64,000 nucleotides of DNA, taken from the NCBI GenBank assembly GCA_030599585.1, contig JAUVNS010000006.1, positions 192,001 through 256,000 on the forward strand, given 5' to 3'. Under the pieces are notes generated by a model. That model searched no databases. It was given only the letters and a program-made list of their open reading frames with translations, and was not told the DNA's origin. Numbering within the stretch: the stretch's first letter is position 1; the number at the start of each line of letters is the position of its first letter. Positions 9,886-18,022 of the stretch are shown piece by piece. The translations under genes were made by a program, and so were the position numbers. The stretch is from Promethearchaeota archaeon (GTDB lineage: Archaea; Asgardarchaeota; Lokiarchaeia; Sigyniarchaeales; SOKP01).

Positions 9886-12800
9886 ATGAAAATAAACAAG
9901 AAAATTTCATCTTTTTTAATCACGACGATACTGTTTTTATCGATTACGGGGCTTGTAATAGCCAGAACGAGTCAATTTAGTGATTTTACAGGAGAAGGGC
10001 ATTCAAGCTGTCACGGAAATATAACAGAAAGCACAAGTGGGTATATTTCTTTATCGTCAAGTTCAGGATCATCTGTAGCGCCAAGTGAAACTTTTACAAT
10101 AACAATTCAAATATTAAGTTTTAGTGAGGCTCTCAATGAAAAAAAAAAAACTACAGTAGGGTTTCCAAGTGGATCTCCTGGTAGAGGAGATAATAAGGAT
10201 TTTTCCTTTAACACAACTCAAGAAGAAATCGATATAGATAGTTCTGGGAATTCAGTTACATTAGATTTTCAAGTTACAGCACCAGCAACTGAACAAACCT
10301 ATACTCTCCATTCTGATGCTATTTACAAAGGCGGCTCAACCTATTTTGCTCATGGTAATTTTACTGTTACTGTGGAAGTGCAAAATAATCCACCTCAATT
10401 TAGTAATATAGTTGAGAGTAGCGATCCTTTAGAATTTGGCCAACAAGAAACTTTTCAAGTCGATGTGACTGATTCTGAAACAAGTGTAGACACTGTCTTT
10501 ATTGAATTAGAAGGTACTAACTACACTATGTCTAATACTGTTGGAGATACATTCGAGTATAACTGGATTTCAAATACACTTGGCACAAAAAATTATGTTT
10601 TTTATGCAAATGATACAGATGGAAGTTGGAATTCAACAAGTGGAAATATAAATATAATTGATACTACTAATCCAACTTTGACAAATTTAATTGAAAGCGC
10701 CGATCCTTTAGAGTTAGGTCAAATAGAAACGATTCAAATCAATGCAACCGATTTGTCTGGTATCAGTCAAGTTATGATAGAGATTGAAAGTGCAAATTAC
10801 ACAATGGTAAATATTGGTGGAACTATATGGGAATACGACAGCTGGACTCCAGTTACCACCGGATTGAAACTATATACTATTTTTACGAACGATACTGAAG
10901 GTAATTGGAATTCTCTAAGTAATTCAATAACTGTTCAAGATACGGTACAACCCTCGTTGACAAGTCTAGTAGAAAGTGCAGACCCTTTAGAGTTAGGACA
11001 AACAGAAACGATCCAAATCAATGCAACAGATTTATCTGGTATTAGTCATGTTTTAATCGAAATCGCCAGCACGAATTACAGCATGAACCAAATTGATACA
11101 AACACTTACCAATTTAATACATGGAATCCGTCATCAGTGGGAGTAAAAGGTTACACCATTTATGCAAACGATTCTAAAGGAAATTGGAATTCTCTAAGTA
11201 ATTCAATAACGGTTCAAGATACTACTCTTCCATCTCTTTTTAATTTAGTTGAAATTACTGATCCTATAGAGATAGGCCAAACAGAAACGATTCAAATTAA
11301 CGCAACTGATTTATCTGGTATTAGTCATGTGCTTATAGAAATTGGTGGTATAAATTATACGATGACAAAAATCAGTAGCGCAACTTGGGAATACAATAGT
11401 TGGACGCCGTTGTCTGCCGGTTTAAAATCTTATAAGATTTTTGTGAATGATACTGAAGGCAATTGGAACTCTTTAAACGATTCAATAACCGTTCAAGACA
11501 CAAATCAACCTTTGTTAACGAATTTGGTAGAAAGTGCTGACCCTTTAGAGTTAGGACAAACAGAAACAATCCAAATCAATGCAACTGATTTATCTGGTAT
11601 TAGTCATGTGTTTATCGAAATTGGTGGTATAAATTATACATTAACAAAAATCAATAGCGCAACTTGGGAATACAATAGTTGGATACCAACAACAGTAGGA
11701 TTAAAATCTTATACTATTTATGCTAATGACACTGAAGGTAATTGGAATTCAGTATTAAACGATATCACAGTAGAAGACACAAAAGCACCGAAATATTCCG
11801 ATTTAATTGAAAGTGCTGATCCACTCCCATATGGTCAGAATGAAACAATTTCCATTAATGTTTATGATAATCCAGGTTCTGGAGTGAAGGAAGTAATTCT
11901 TGAATATAACAATATTAATCACACGATGATTTTTATGGGATTCAGCACCTGGTCATGGCCAAATTGGAAACCATCATCCACAGGAACCTTTAATTATACC
12001 ATTTACATGATAGATAATAGCGATAATTTAAATACGACAACAGGTTCTATTGAAGTTATCATATCTTCGGGTCCGACAATTCAAAACATATCTAAAAGTG
12101 CAGATCCTTTAGAGCTAGGCCAAATAGAAACTATTCAGGTTGATGTTAATGATACTGATGGAATTAGTGTTGTATTTATAGAAATCGGGGGACAGAACTA
12201 TACGATGGGAAACATTGGTGGAAGTACATATGAATATTCCTGGTCACCTAATTTAACTGGGACAAAATTGTTTACAGTATACGCTAATGATTCTTTAAAT
12301 AATTGGAATCAATTAAGTAACAGCATCTATGTTCAAGACACAATACCTCCAAATTACGCAAATTTAATAGAAAATAGCGATCCTGTTGAATTGGGAAATA
12401 GCGTAACAATTTCTATTGACGCTACAGACTTATCAGGCATAAATCAAGTTAAAATTGAATTTGATGGCGTGAATTATACTATGTCTAATCTAGGAGGAAA
12501 TATGTGGTCAAACGATACTTGGATTCCTGGGACTGTTGATGTCTTTTCATACACTATATTTATTCAAGATAAATCAAATAATTGGAATAGCACAAGTGGA
12601 AGTATTGAAGTAATAGACACAATATCGCCTGAATTATCAAATTTATATGAGGAATACGAACCAATAGAATTAGGCCAGAGTCAAACGATTCAGGTTAATA
12701 TCAGTGACTTAGCTTCTATAAGTTTAGTACTACTTGAATTTCAGGGAGTAAATTATACTATGACAAAAATAGGTAGCCAAACTTGGGAATACAACAACTT

Positions 12801-14427
12801 AATTCCAATTGGAATAGGTTTAAAAGTCTATTCAATTTACGCAAATGATTCGAGTAATAACTGGATTTCTTTAACTGCCAATTTTACAGTTGTAGATACT
12901 AATGCTCCTGTATTATCTAATTTATTTGAAAATGCAGATCCACTGGAACTAGGACAGACGGTTACAATTCAAATCACTGCAACTGATTTATCTGGTATTA
13001 GCTACGTACTAATAGAGCTTGATAGCGTGAATTATACCATGGCATTTATAGGTGGCAACACATGGGAGTATAATAGTTGGACGCCAATTACCTCCGGATT
13101 AAAATTGTATACTATTTACGCAAATGATACTAACGGAAATTGGAATTCTTTCAATAGCGATATTACTATAGTAGATTCGAGTGGACCATCTTTAGGTAGT
13201 TTGTCCGAAAGTGCAGATCCACTAGAACTAGGACAGACAGTAACAATTCAAATCAATGCTACTGATTCATCTGGTATCAGTCATGTGCTAATAGAACTGG
13301 ATAGCGTGAATTATACCATGGCATTTTTAGGTGGCAACACATGGGAATATAATAGTTGGACTCCAAGTACTACGGGATTGAAATTGTATACAATTTACGC
13401 AAATGACACGGAAGGAAATTGGAATTTATTAATCGATTCAATAACAGTTCAAGATACAATAATACCGGTCTTATCAACCCTTATAGAAAGTGCTGATCCA
13501 TTAGAACTAGGGGAGACAGAAACTATTCAAATTAATGCAACTGATTTATCTGGTATTAGCTACGTGCTAATAGAGCTTGATGGTGTGAATTATACCATGG
13601 CATTTATAGGTGGCAACATATGGGAATATAATAGTTGGACACCAATTACCTCCGGATTAAAACTGTATACAATTTACGCAAATGATACTAACGGAAATTG
13701 GAATTCTTTCAATAGCGATATTACTATAGTAGATTCGAGTGGACCATCTTTAAGTAATTTATTTGAGAATGCGGACCCGTTAGAATTAGGACGGACGGAA
13801 ACTATTCAAATTGATGTTAATGATTTATCAGGAATCAGTCATGTGTTAATAGAAATCAGTGGTTTAAATTACACGATGACAAACATCAGTAGCGCAACTT
13901 GGGAATACAATAGTTGGACGCCGTTGTTTACCGGTTTAAAATCTTATAAGATTTTTGTGAATGATACTGAAGGTAATTGGAACACTTTAAGCGATTTTAT
14001 CACCGTTCGAGACACAAATCAACCTTTGTTAACGAATTTGGTAGAAAGTGCAGACCCTTTAGAGTTAGGACAAACAGAAACAATCCAAATCAATGCAACT
14101 GATCTATCTGGTATCAGTCACGTGCTAATTGAAATCAGTGGTTTAAATTACACGATGACGAAAATTAGTAGTGCAACCTGGGAATATAATAATTGGATAC
14201 CAACAAAAGAAGGATTAAAATCTTATACTATTTATGCTAATGACACTGAAGGTAATTGGAATTCAGAAAGTGATACAATTATGGTGAATACGCAAGGTGG
14301 TAATGAGAATACCGGTATGTCTGAGGAATTTCTTGATTTAATTGTTATATTTAGTACATTCGGTAGTTTAGGCGTTTTTTCGTTAGTCTTAGTGATTAAA
14401 CTAAGACCTAAACGTTTTATTAAGTAA
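9886..14427 (+). CDS. Large surface protein: N-terminal HxxCH domain, 14 Ig-like repeats of ~93 aa, C-terminal TM anchor
   Basis: Signal peptide; HSSCH at aa 39-43 (nt 10000-10014); repeats ESADPLELGQTETIQINATDLSGISHV...NYTM...WEYNSW.P...YTIYANDTEGNWNS; many NxS/T sequons; C-terminal TM + KLRPKRFIK. Confidence 0.85.
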   Translation: MKINKKISSFLITTILFLSITGLVIARTSQFSDFTGEGHSSCHGNITESTSGYISLSSSSGSSVAPSETFTITIQILSFSEALNEKKKTTVGFPSGSPGRGDNKDFSFNTTQEEIDIDSSGNSVTLDFQVTAPATEQTYTLHSDAIYKGGSTYFAHGNFTVTVEVQNNPPQFSNIVESSDPLEFGQQETFQVDVTDSETSVDTVFIELEGTNYTMSNTVGDTFEYNWISNTLGTKNYVFYANDTDGSWNSTSGNINIIDTTNPTLTNLIESADPLELGQIETIQINATDLSGISQVMIEIESANYTMVNIGGTIWEYDSWTPVTTGLKLYTIFTNDTEGNWNSLSNSITVQDTVQPSLTSLVESADPLELGQTETIQINATDLSGISHVLIEIASTNYSMNQIDTNTYQFNTWNPSSVGVKGYTIYANDSKGNWNSLSNSITVQDTTLPSLFNLVEITDPIEIGQTETIQINATDLSGISHVLIEIGGINYTMTKISSATWEYNSWTPLSAGLKSYKIFVNDTEGNWNSLNDSITVQDTNQPLLTNLVESADPLELGQTETIQINATDLSGISHVFIEIGGINYTLTKINSATWEYNSWIPTTVGLKSYTIYANDTEGNWNSVLNDITVEDTKAPKYSDLIESADPLPYGQNETISINVYDNPGSGVKEVILEYNNINHTMIFMGFSTWSWPNWKPSSTGTFNYTIYMIDNSDNLNTTTGSIEVIISSGPTIQNISKSADPLELGQIETIQVDVNDTDGISVVFIEIGGQNYTMGNIGGSTYEYSWSPNLTGTKLFTVYANDSLNNWNQLSNSIYVQDTIPPNYANLIENSDPVELGNSVTISIDATDLSGINQVKIEFDGVNYTMSNLGGNMWSNDTWIPGTVDVFSYTIFIQDKSNNWNSTSGSIEVIDTISPELSNLYEEYEPIELGQSQTIQVNISDLASISLVLLEFQGVNYTMTKIGSQTWEYNNLIPIGIGLKVYSIYANDSSNNWISLTANFTVVDTNAPVLSNLFENADPLELGQTVTIQITATDLSGISYVLIELDSVNYTMAFIGGNTWEYNSWTPITSGLKLYTIYANDTNGNWNSFNSDITIVDSSGPSLGSLSESADPLELGQTVTIQINATDSSGISHVLIELDSVNYTMAFLGGNTWEYNSWTPSTTGLKLYTIYANDTEGNWNLLIDSITVQDTIIPVLSTLIESADPLELGETETIQINATDLSGISYVLIELDGVNYTMAFIGGNIWEYNSWTPITSGLKLYTIYANDTNGNWNSFNSDITIVDSSGPSLSNLFENADPLELGRTETIQIDVNDLSGISHVLIEISGLNYTMTNISSATWEYNSWTPLFTGLKSYKIFVNDTEGNWNTLSDFITVRDTNQPLLTNLVESADPLELGQTETIQINATDLSGISHVLIEISGLNYTMTKISSATWEYNNWIPTKEGLKSYTIYANDTEGNWNSESDTIMVNTQGGNENTGMSEEFLDLIVIFSTFGSLGVFSLVLVIKLRPKRFIK
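10384..14292 (+). repeat. 14 tandem coding repeats of ~279 nt (Ig-like/beta-sandwich units)
   Basis: Counted from the translation using the recurring (E)S(A)DPLELG and GNWNS motifs; repeats 10/12 and 4-5/13-14 are nearly identical over long stretches. Confidence 0.9.
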
Positions 14428-14495
14428 TAATTACTTTTTATTTTTTTAATTACAATTTTTATTGAGTCTTAAATTAACCTTTATTATAGTTAATT

Positions 14496-15209
14496 ATGAA
14501 TTCCTCTAAAACGATTTTATTAGAATGTGAAAACATTTCTAAACAATATGGTTTTTTCTTCGCTCTGAACAAAATATCTTTTATTTTAGACGAGAACTCC
14601 ATTTTGGGGGTAATTGGTGCTAATGGTGCAGGAAAAACGACTCTTATTAGAATCTTATCTGGTCTGACTTCTCCAACATCTGGTACAATTGCCATAAAAG
14701 GAAGGAATTATAAGACAGATACTAAACGTATCAAACAAATTATTGGAACAATCACTGACAAATCGTTTTTATATGAAGAGCTAACAATTTATGAAAACCT
14801 AAAATTCTACAGTAAATTGTACTCCATGTACAATAAAAATGAATTTAAAGAAAAAATTGAACATTACGCAAAGAAATTTAATCTTTCTGACTGGATTTTT
14901 GAACCAATTAGTAACTTATCAACTGGAATGAAACAAAAAGTGGAAATAATCCGAAGTTTGATCCACAATCCATCAATCTTGCTTTTAGATGAGCCGTTTT
15001 CTGGACTAGACTTTACTACCATAAAATTATTGATAAAAATTTTAACAGAATTAAAAGAAAAAGAAAATTTAACATTAATTATAGCAACTCATAAAATTGA
15101 GGTAGTTCAGGAGATCAGCGACACAATTTTAATTTTAAAAAAGGGTAAGATAAGTAAATTTGCTCCAAAAAACGAGATAGATATAAGTAAAATTGAATCC
15201 TACTTTTGA
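14496..15209 (+). CDS. ccmA: Heme-maturation ABC ATPase CcmA
   Basis: Walker A GANGAGKTT, signature LSTGMKQK, Walker B LLLDEPFSGLD, H-loop IATH; directly upstream of ccmB. Confidence 0.85.
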   Translation: MNSSKTILLECENISKQYGFFFALNKISFILDENSILGVIGANGAGKTTLIRILSGLTSPTSGTIAIKGRNYKTDTKRIKQIIGTITDKSFLYEELTIYENLKFYSKLYSMYNKNEFKEKIEHYAKKFNLSDWIFEPISNLSTGMKQKVEIIRSLIHNPSILLLDEPFSGLDFTTIKLLIKILTELKEKENLTLIIATHKIEVVQEISDTILILKKGKISKFAPKNEIDISKIESYF

Positions 15210-15221
15210 GGTGTGAATTGA

Positions 15222-15947
15222 GTGAAAAACAAAAAAAGAACTGCTAAATCTGGCTTAAAACTCTTCATAACAATTCTGCAAAAGGATATTAAATCCGAAA
15301 TTAGGCAAGTCAATGACATCTTTTCGATTATTTTGTTTGGAGTTATTTCAATATTTATTTTTTCTTCCTCATATAACACAATTAATCTAGGTGGTATGAT
15401 GCCTATTGAGATATTTGTTATTCAAATATGGCTAATTATTTTCTTTACACTTATTTTTATTATGATCAAGCTATTTGTTCAAGAAAAAGAGAAAGGAACG
15501 CTGGACGGACTTACAACTTCTCCAGTTTCTAATACTATTCTTCTGATTAGTAAAGTGGTTTTTTGTTTTATTTTATTAAGCCTGATTGAATTGATATTAC
15601 TCCTTTTTAGCTTTTTTATCTCTGTTCCTTCGGTTCAAGCTTTGAATATTAATGAATTTCTGTATTACGTTATGATAGGAATTGTGTTACCTACTCTGGA
15701 CATATCTATTTGTGGAACCTTAGTTTCCGCTTTATCAATGTATTCAAAAAATAAGTCTTTCGTCTTACCTTTATTACTATTCCCAATAATACTTCCAATA
15801 ACATCTCCCATAATATCGCTAAATATAAAACTATTAGAAGGTGAACTAATTTCAATGGTATTTATTGAAATTTTGTTTTTAGTGGCTCACGCTATGCTGA
15901 TGTTTTCGATTTTAGTATTAGTTTCGGAAGAACTATTATCGGAATAG
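15222..15947 (+). CDS. ccmB: Heme-maturation ABC permease CcmB
   Basis: ILQKDIKSEIR, FVQEKEKGTLDGLTTSP, ISK, GTLVSALS and VLPLLLFPIILP are typical CcmB motifs; 6 TM helices. Confidence 0.9.
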   Translation: MKNKKRTAKSGLKLFITILQKDIKSEIRQVNDIFSIILFGVISIFIFSSSYNTINLGGMMPIEIFVIQIWLIIFFTLIFIMIKLFVQEKEKGTLDGLTTSPVSNTILLISKVVFCFILLSLIELILLLFSFFISVPSVQALNINEFLYYVMIGIVLPTLDISICGTLVSALSMYSKNKSFVLPLLLFPIILPITSPIISLNIKLLEGELISMVFIEILFLVAHAMLMFSILVLVSEELLSE

Positions 15948-15953
15948 TATAAA

Positions 15954-16301
15954 TTAACTACATTGCACAAGAATTTGTGTTGCGTTTAAGTATAATAATG
16001 AGTTAAACAAGCCCATTACAACTACTTGAATCCCATCCTCTACATCATCAGGAACAGTAATATCTGAAACATCAATAAGAATCTTATCGTCACCTTGTGT
16101 TAAGTTAAAATTTCCCCCGGAATACCCTTCTACTATTCCAATTACTTGAATCTCTTGATTATGGTATCTTGAAGGATCTTCAAGAACTTGGGAAATTTGA
16201 AGATAGGGTCTGAAATTAAAAATCAAAATTACCGTAATGATGCTGATAGCTCCAATGATCCCTAAACCTGCAATAATACGCGATTTTTTCACAATTAACA
16301 C
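15954..16301 (-). CDS. ccmE: Heme chaperone CcmE, Cys-type, ending at ...VQCS-stop
   Basis: N-terminal TM, PYLQISQV, IQVIGIV, FNLTQG, VPDDVEDGIQVVVMG (OB fold) and ATQILVQC; lies in the ccm cluster; GTG start. Confidence 0.85.
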   Translation of the reverse strand: MLIVKKSRIIAGLGIIGAISIITVILIFNFRPYLQISQVLEDPSRYHNQEIQVIGIVEGYSGGNFNLTQGDDKILIDVSDITVPDDVEDGIQVVVMGLFNSLLYLNATQILVQCS

Positions 16302-16304
16302 TGA

Positions 16305-16448
16305 TTATTTACTTTGATTTAATCTCTTAAGCCTTTTTTCTATTTTTCTTTTTGACAATTTAGGATACAAGATTAGAATTATGATTATTAACCAAAATAA
16401 CACGTAGCTTATGCTTATTGTGGTTATATCTAAGATTAACTCGCTCAT
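16305..16448 (-). CDS. ccmD: CcmD-like small single-TM protein (47 aa), absent from the ORF track
   Basis: MSELILDITTISISYVLFWLIIIILILYPKLSKRKIEKRLKRLNQSK*; ATGA overlap with the ccmC stop, ends 3 nt before ccmE; Tyr-containing TM + basic tail in the canonical C-D-E position. Confidence 0.75.
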   Translation of the reverse strand: MSELILDITTISISYVLFWLIIIILILYPKLSKRKIEKRLKRLNQSK

Positions 16449-17152
16449 CTTCCTTCCTCCATTTTAATATATAAAATTTCTTGTAATTTTTCTTTTGCTA
16501 TATCTAACTCCTTCAATTCACGAATCAAGTAGATAAATAGTAGAGTCATAGCAATTAAGTTAAAAAATAGAATGAAAAGTTTAATAGAATCCCAATAAAT
16601 ATTTCCTGGTTCCCCGGGATTTGGATTTATGAGGGGATGTAAACTTGTGAAAAGAATTGCTGAGAGATAACTTAAAGGGACGGTCGGAAAAAAAACAATT
16701 CCTAAAATCGCAGAAAGTTTAGCCTTTTTCTCCCTTTCTTCGATAAAGTTTCTAAATATTAAATATGCGACATAGGAGAAGAATAATATGAGCGTTGTAG
16801 TTTGTCTGGCATCACTCCACTGCCAGTATATATTATTATATGAGCCCGAAGTCGCATTAAACCACAGTGACCCCGTTATTAACGTAAAGGCAACAAAAAA
16901 AACTCCAACTATTATGCTATTTTTTCCTAAATTACTCCAGTTCATCTTTTTTTGTTTAAGATATAATAGATGACCTATCAGGCTTACACCGAATGAAAAG
17001 TAAGACAACCAAGCAGCTGATACATGATAAAAAAATATTATATATATAATTCTTTGAAACGATGCTAAACCTAATATTAAGAATAAATTGAGTATTAATA
17101 ACATTAAAGAAACTATAAGAAGATATGAATTTTTTTTTAATTTATAATTCAA
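16445..17152 (-). CDS. ccmC: Heme-handling protein CcmC
   Basis: IFFYHVSAAW (His1), LITGSLW...YWQWSDARQTT (variant WWD domain), SLHP (His2); 6 TM helices. Confidence 0.92.
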   Translation of the reverse strand: MNYKLKKNSYLLIVSLMLLILNLFLILGLASFQRIIYIIFFYHVSAAWLSYFSFGVSLIGHLLYLKQKKMNWSNLGKNSIIVGVFFVAFTLITGSLWFNATSGSYNNIYWQWSDARQTTTLILFFSYVAYLIFRNFIEEREKKAKLSAILGIVFFPTVPLSYLSAILFTSLHPLINPNPGEPGNIYWDSIKLFILFFNLIAMTLLFIYLIRELKELDIAKEKLQEILYIKMEEGR

Positions 17153-17244
17153 TATTAGAAAACCTCACTTTTTTGGCTCTTGAGTTTGAATTCAGTCTAT
17201 TAGTAAAATTAAATCATGGAGCAAAATTGTAATATTCCAATTAG

Positions 17245-17808
17245 TTAGAAGTTACCACATCCATCGCATTTACCGTCAAGATAGGCTTCACAGTCAACGC
17301 AGATATTACCGCAATTGTGCTCATTACTTTCGTTGCTAAAAAGATTAAGGGGTAAATATTTTGGTCTGATAAAATCCGAACCGAAGATTAATGCTGAATG
17401 TAATAATCCTTTTTTATTAGTTGGGCCGCAATGATTTACATATCTGTGTAGGACATCTAAACTCTGTCCTATGATCCCCATTATTAAATTGTATTGTCCC
17501 GTGACTTGTGCTAACAAAAAAACTCTTGGACATTCAGAATAGGAGTTAACAATATTTCTTATTTCCTCATAATTGCCCCATTCCATGAGTATAAACAGTG
17601 TTTTATAATTTACTTTGTTAATATTGATATTACCTTGAACCTTAAGAATGCCTTTATTTTCTAACTTTGCAATTCTTTTAGCGATTCCGGTATGGCTCAT
17701 AGTTTCATCGTCTTTTTTGAAGATAATATCTTTTAAACTTGTTAAACTCTCTCGACCGCTTTTAAAGAGCGCTTTTACAATTTGTTTATCTACGTTATCA
17801 AATTCCAT
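17245..17808 (-). CDS. Lrp/AsnC-family regulator with a C-terminal Cys cluster
   Basis: DNVDKQIVKAL...GR...SHTGIAKRIAKLENKGIL HTH; RAM domain CPRV...VTGQYNL; tail CGNICVDCEAYLDGKCDGC. Confidence 0.85.
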   Translation of the reverse strand: MEFDNVDKQIVKALFKSGRESLTSLKDIIFKKDDETMSHTGIAKRIAKLENKGILKVQGNININKVNYKTLFILMEWGNYEEIRNIVNSYSECPRVFLLAQVTGQYNLIMGIIGQSLDVLHRYVNHCGPTNKKGLLHSALIFGSDFIRPKYLPLNLFSNESNEHNCGNICVDCEAYLDGKCDGCGNF

Positions 17809-18022
17809 AATTTAATTTTGTTTAAAACTTAGTTTAATTCCTTTGTGATTGTTTATTCTTGAATCATTTAATTAATTTTTCCTTAAATTTTAAAAATAAA
17901 TTCATAATCTACCTTTAAATACATCTAAAATTACAATTTATTAAGTTGAAGATTATACAAGGTCAAAACCCATCTAAACTCTTCTCTTCTTGTAGTGAAA
18001 ATTAAATTTTTTAGTGGGTTTC

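Noticed and set aside
10139-10150. A12 homopolymer in the HxxCH head of the stalk gene as a phase-variation switch
   Set aside because: The frame is intact, and long A/T runs are common throughout this AT-rich window (e.g. near 1100, 55515, 53920). There is no evidence without read data.
10384-14292. Regularly spaced DNA repeats as a possible CRISPR array or DGR template/variable repeats
   Set aside because: The period is ~279 nt and in frame, variation is largely synonymous rather than adenine-specific, and there is no cas or reverse transcriptase gene in the window. They are protein domain repeats.
15954-15962. Selenocysteine or pyrrolysine read-through to explain the short CcmE or the HxxCH motifs
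   Set aside because: The CcmE stop is TAA and the motif codons are CAT (His), not TGA/TAG. I noticed no in-frame TGA at a catalytic Cys position in the window.
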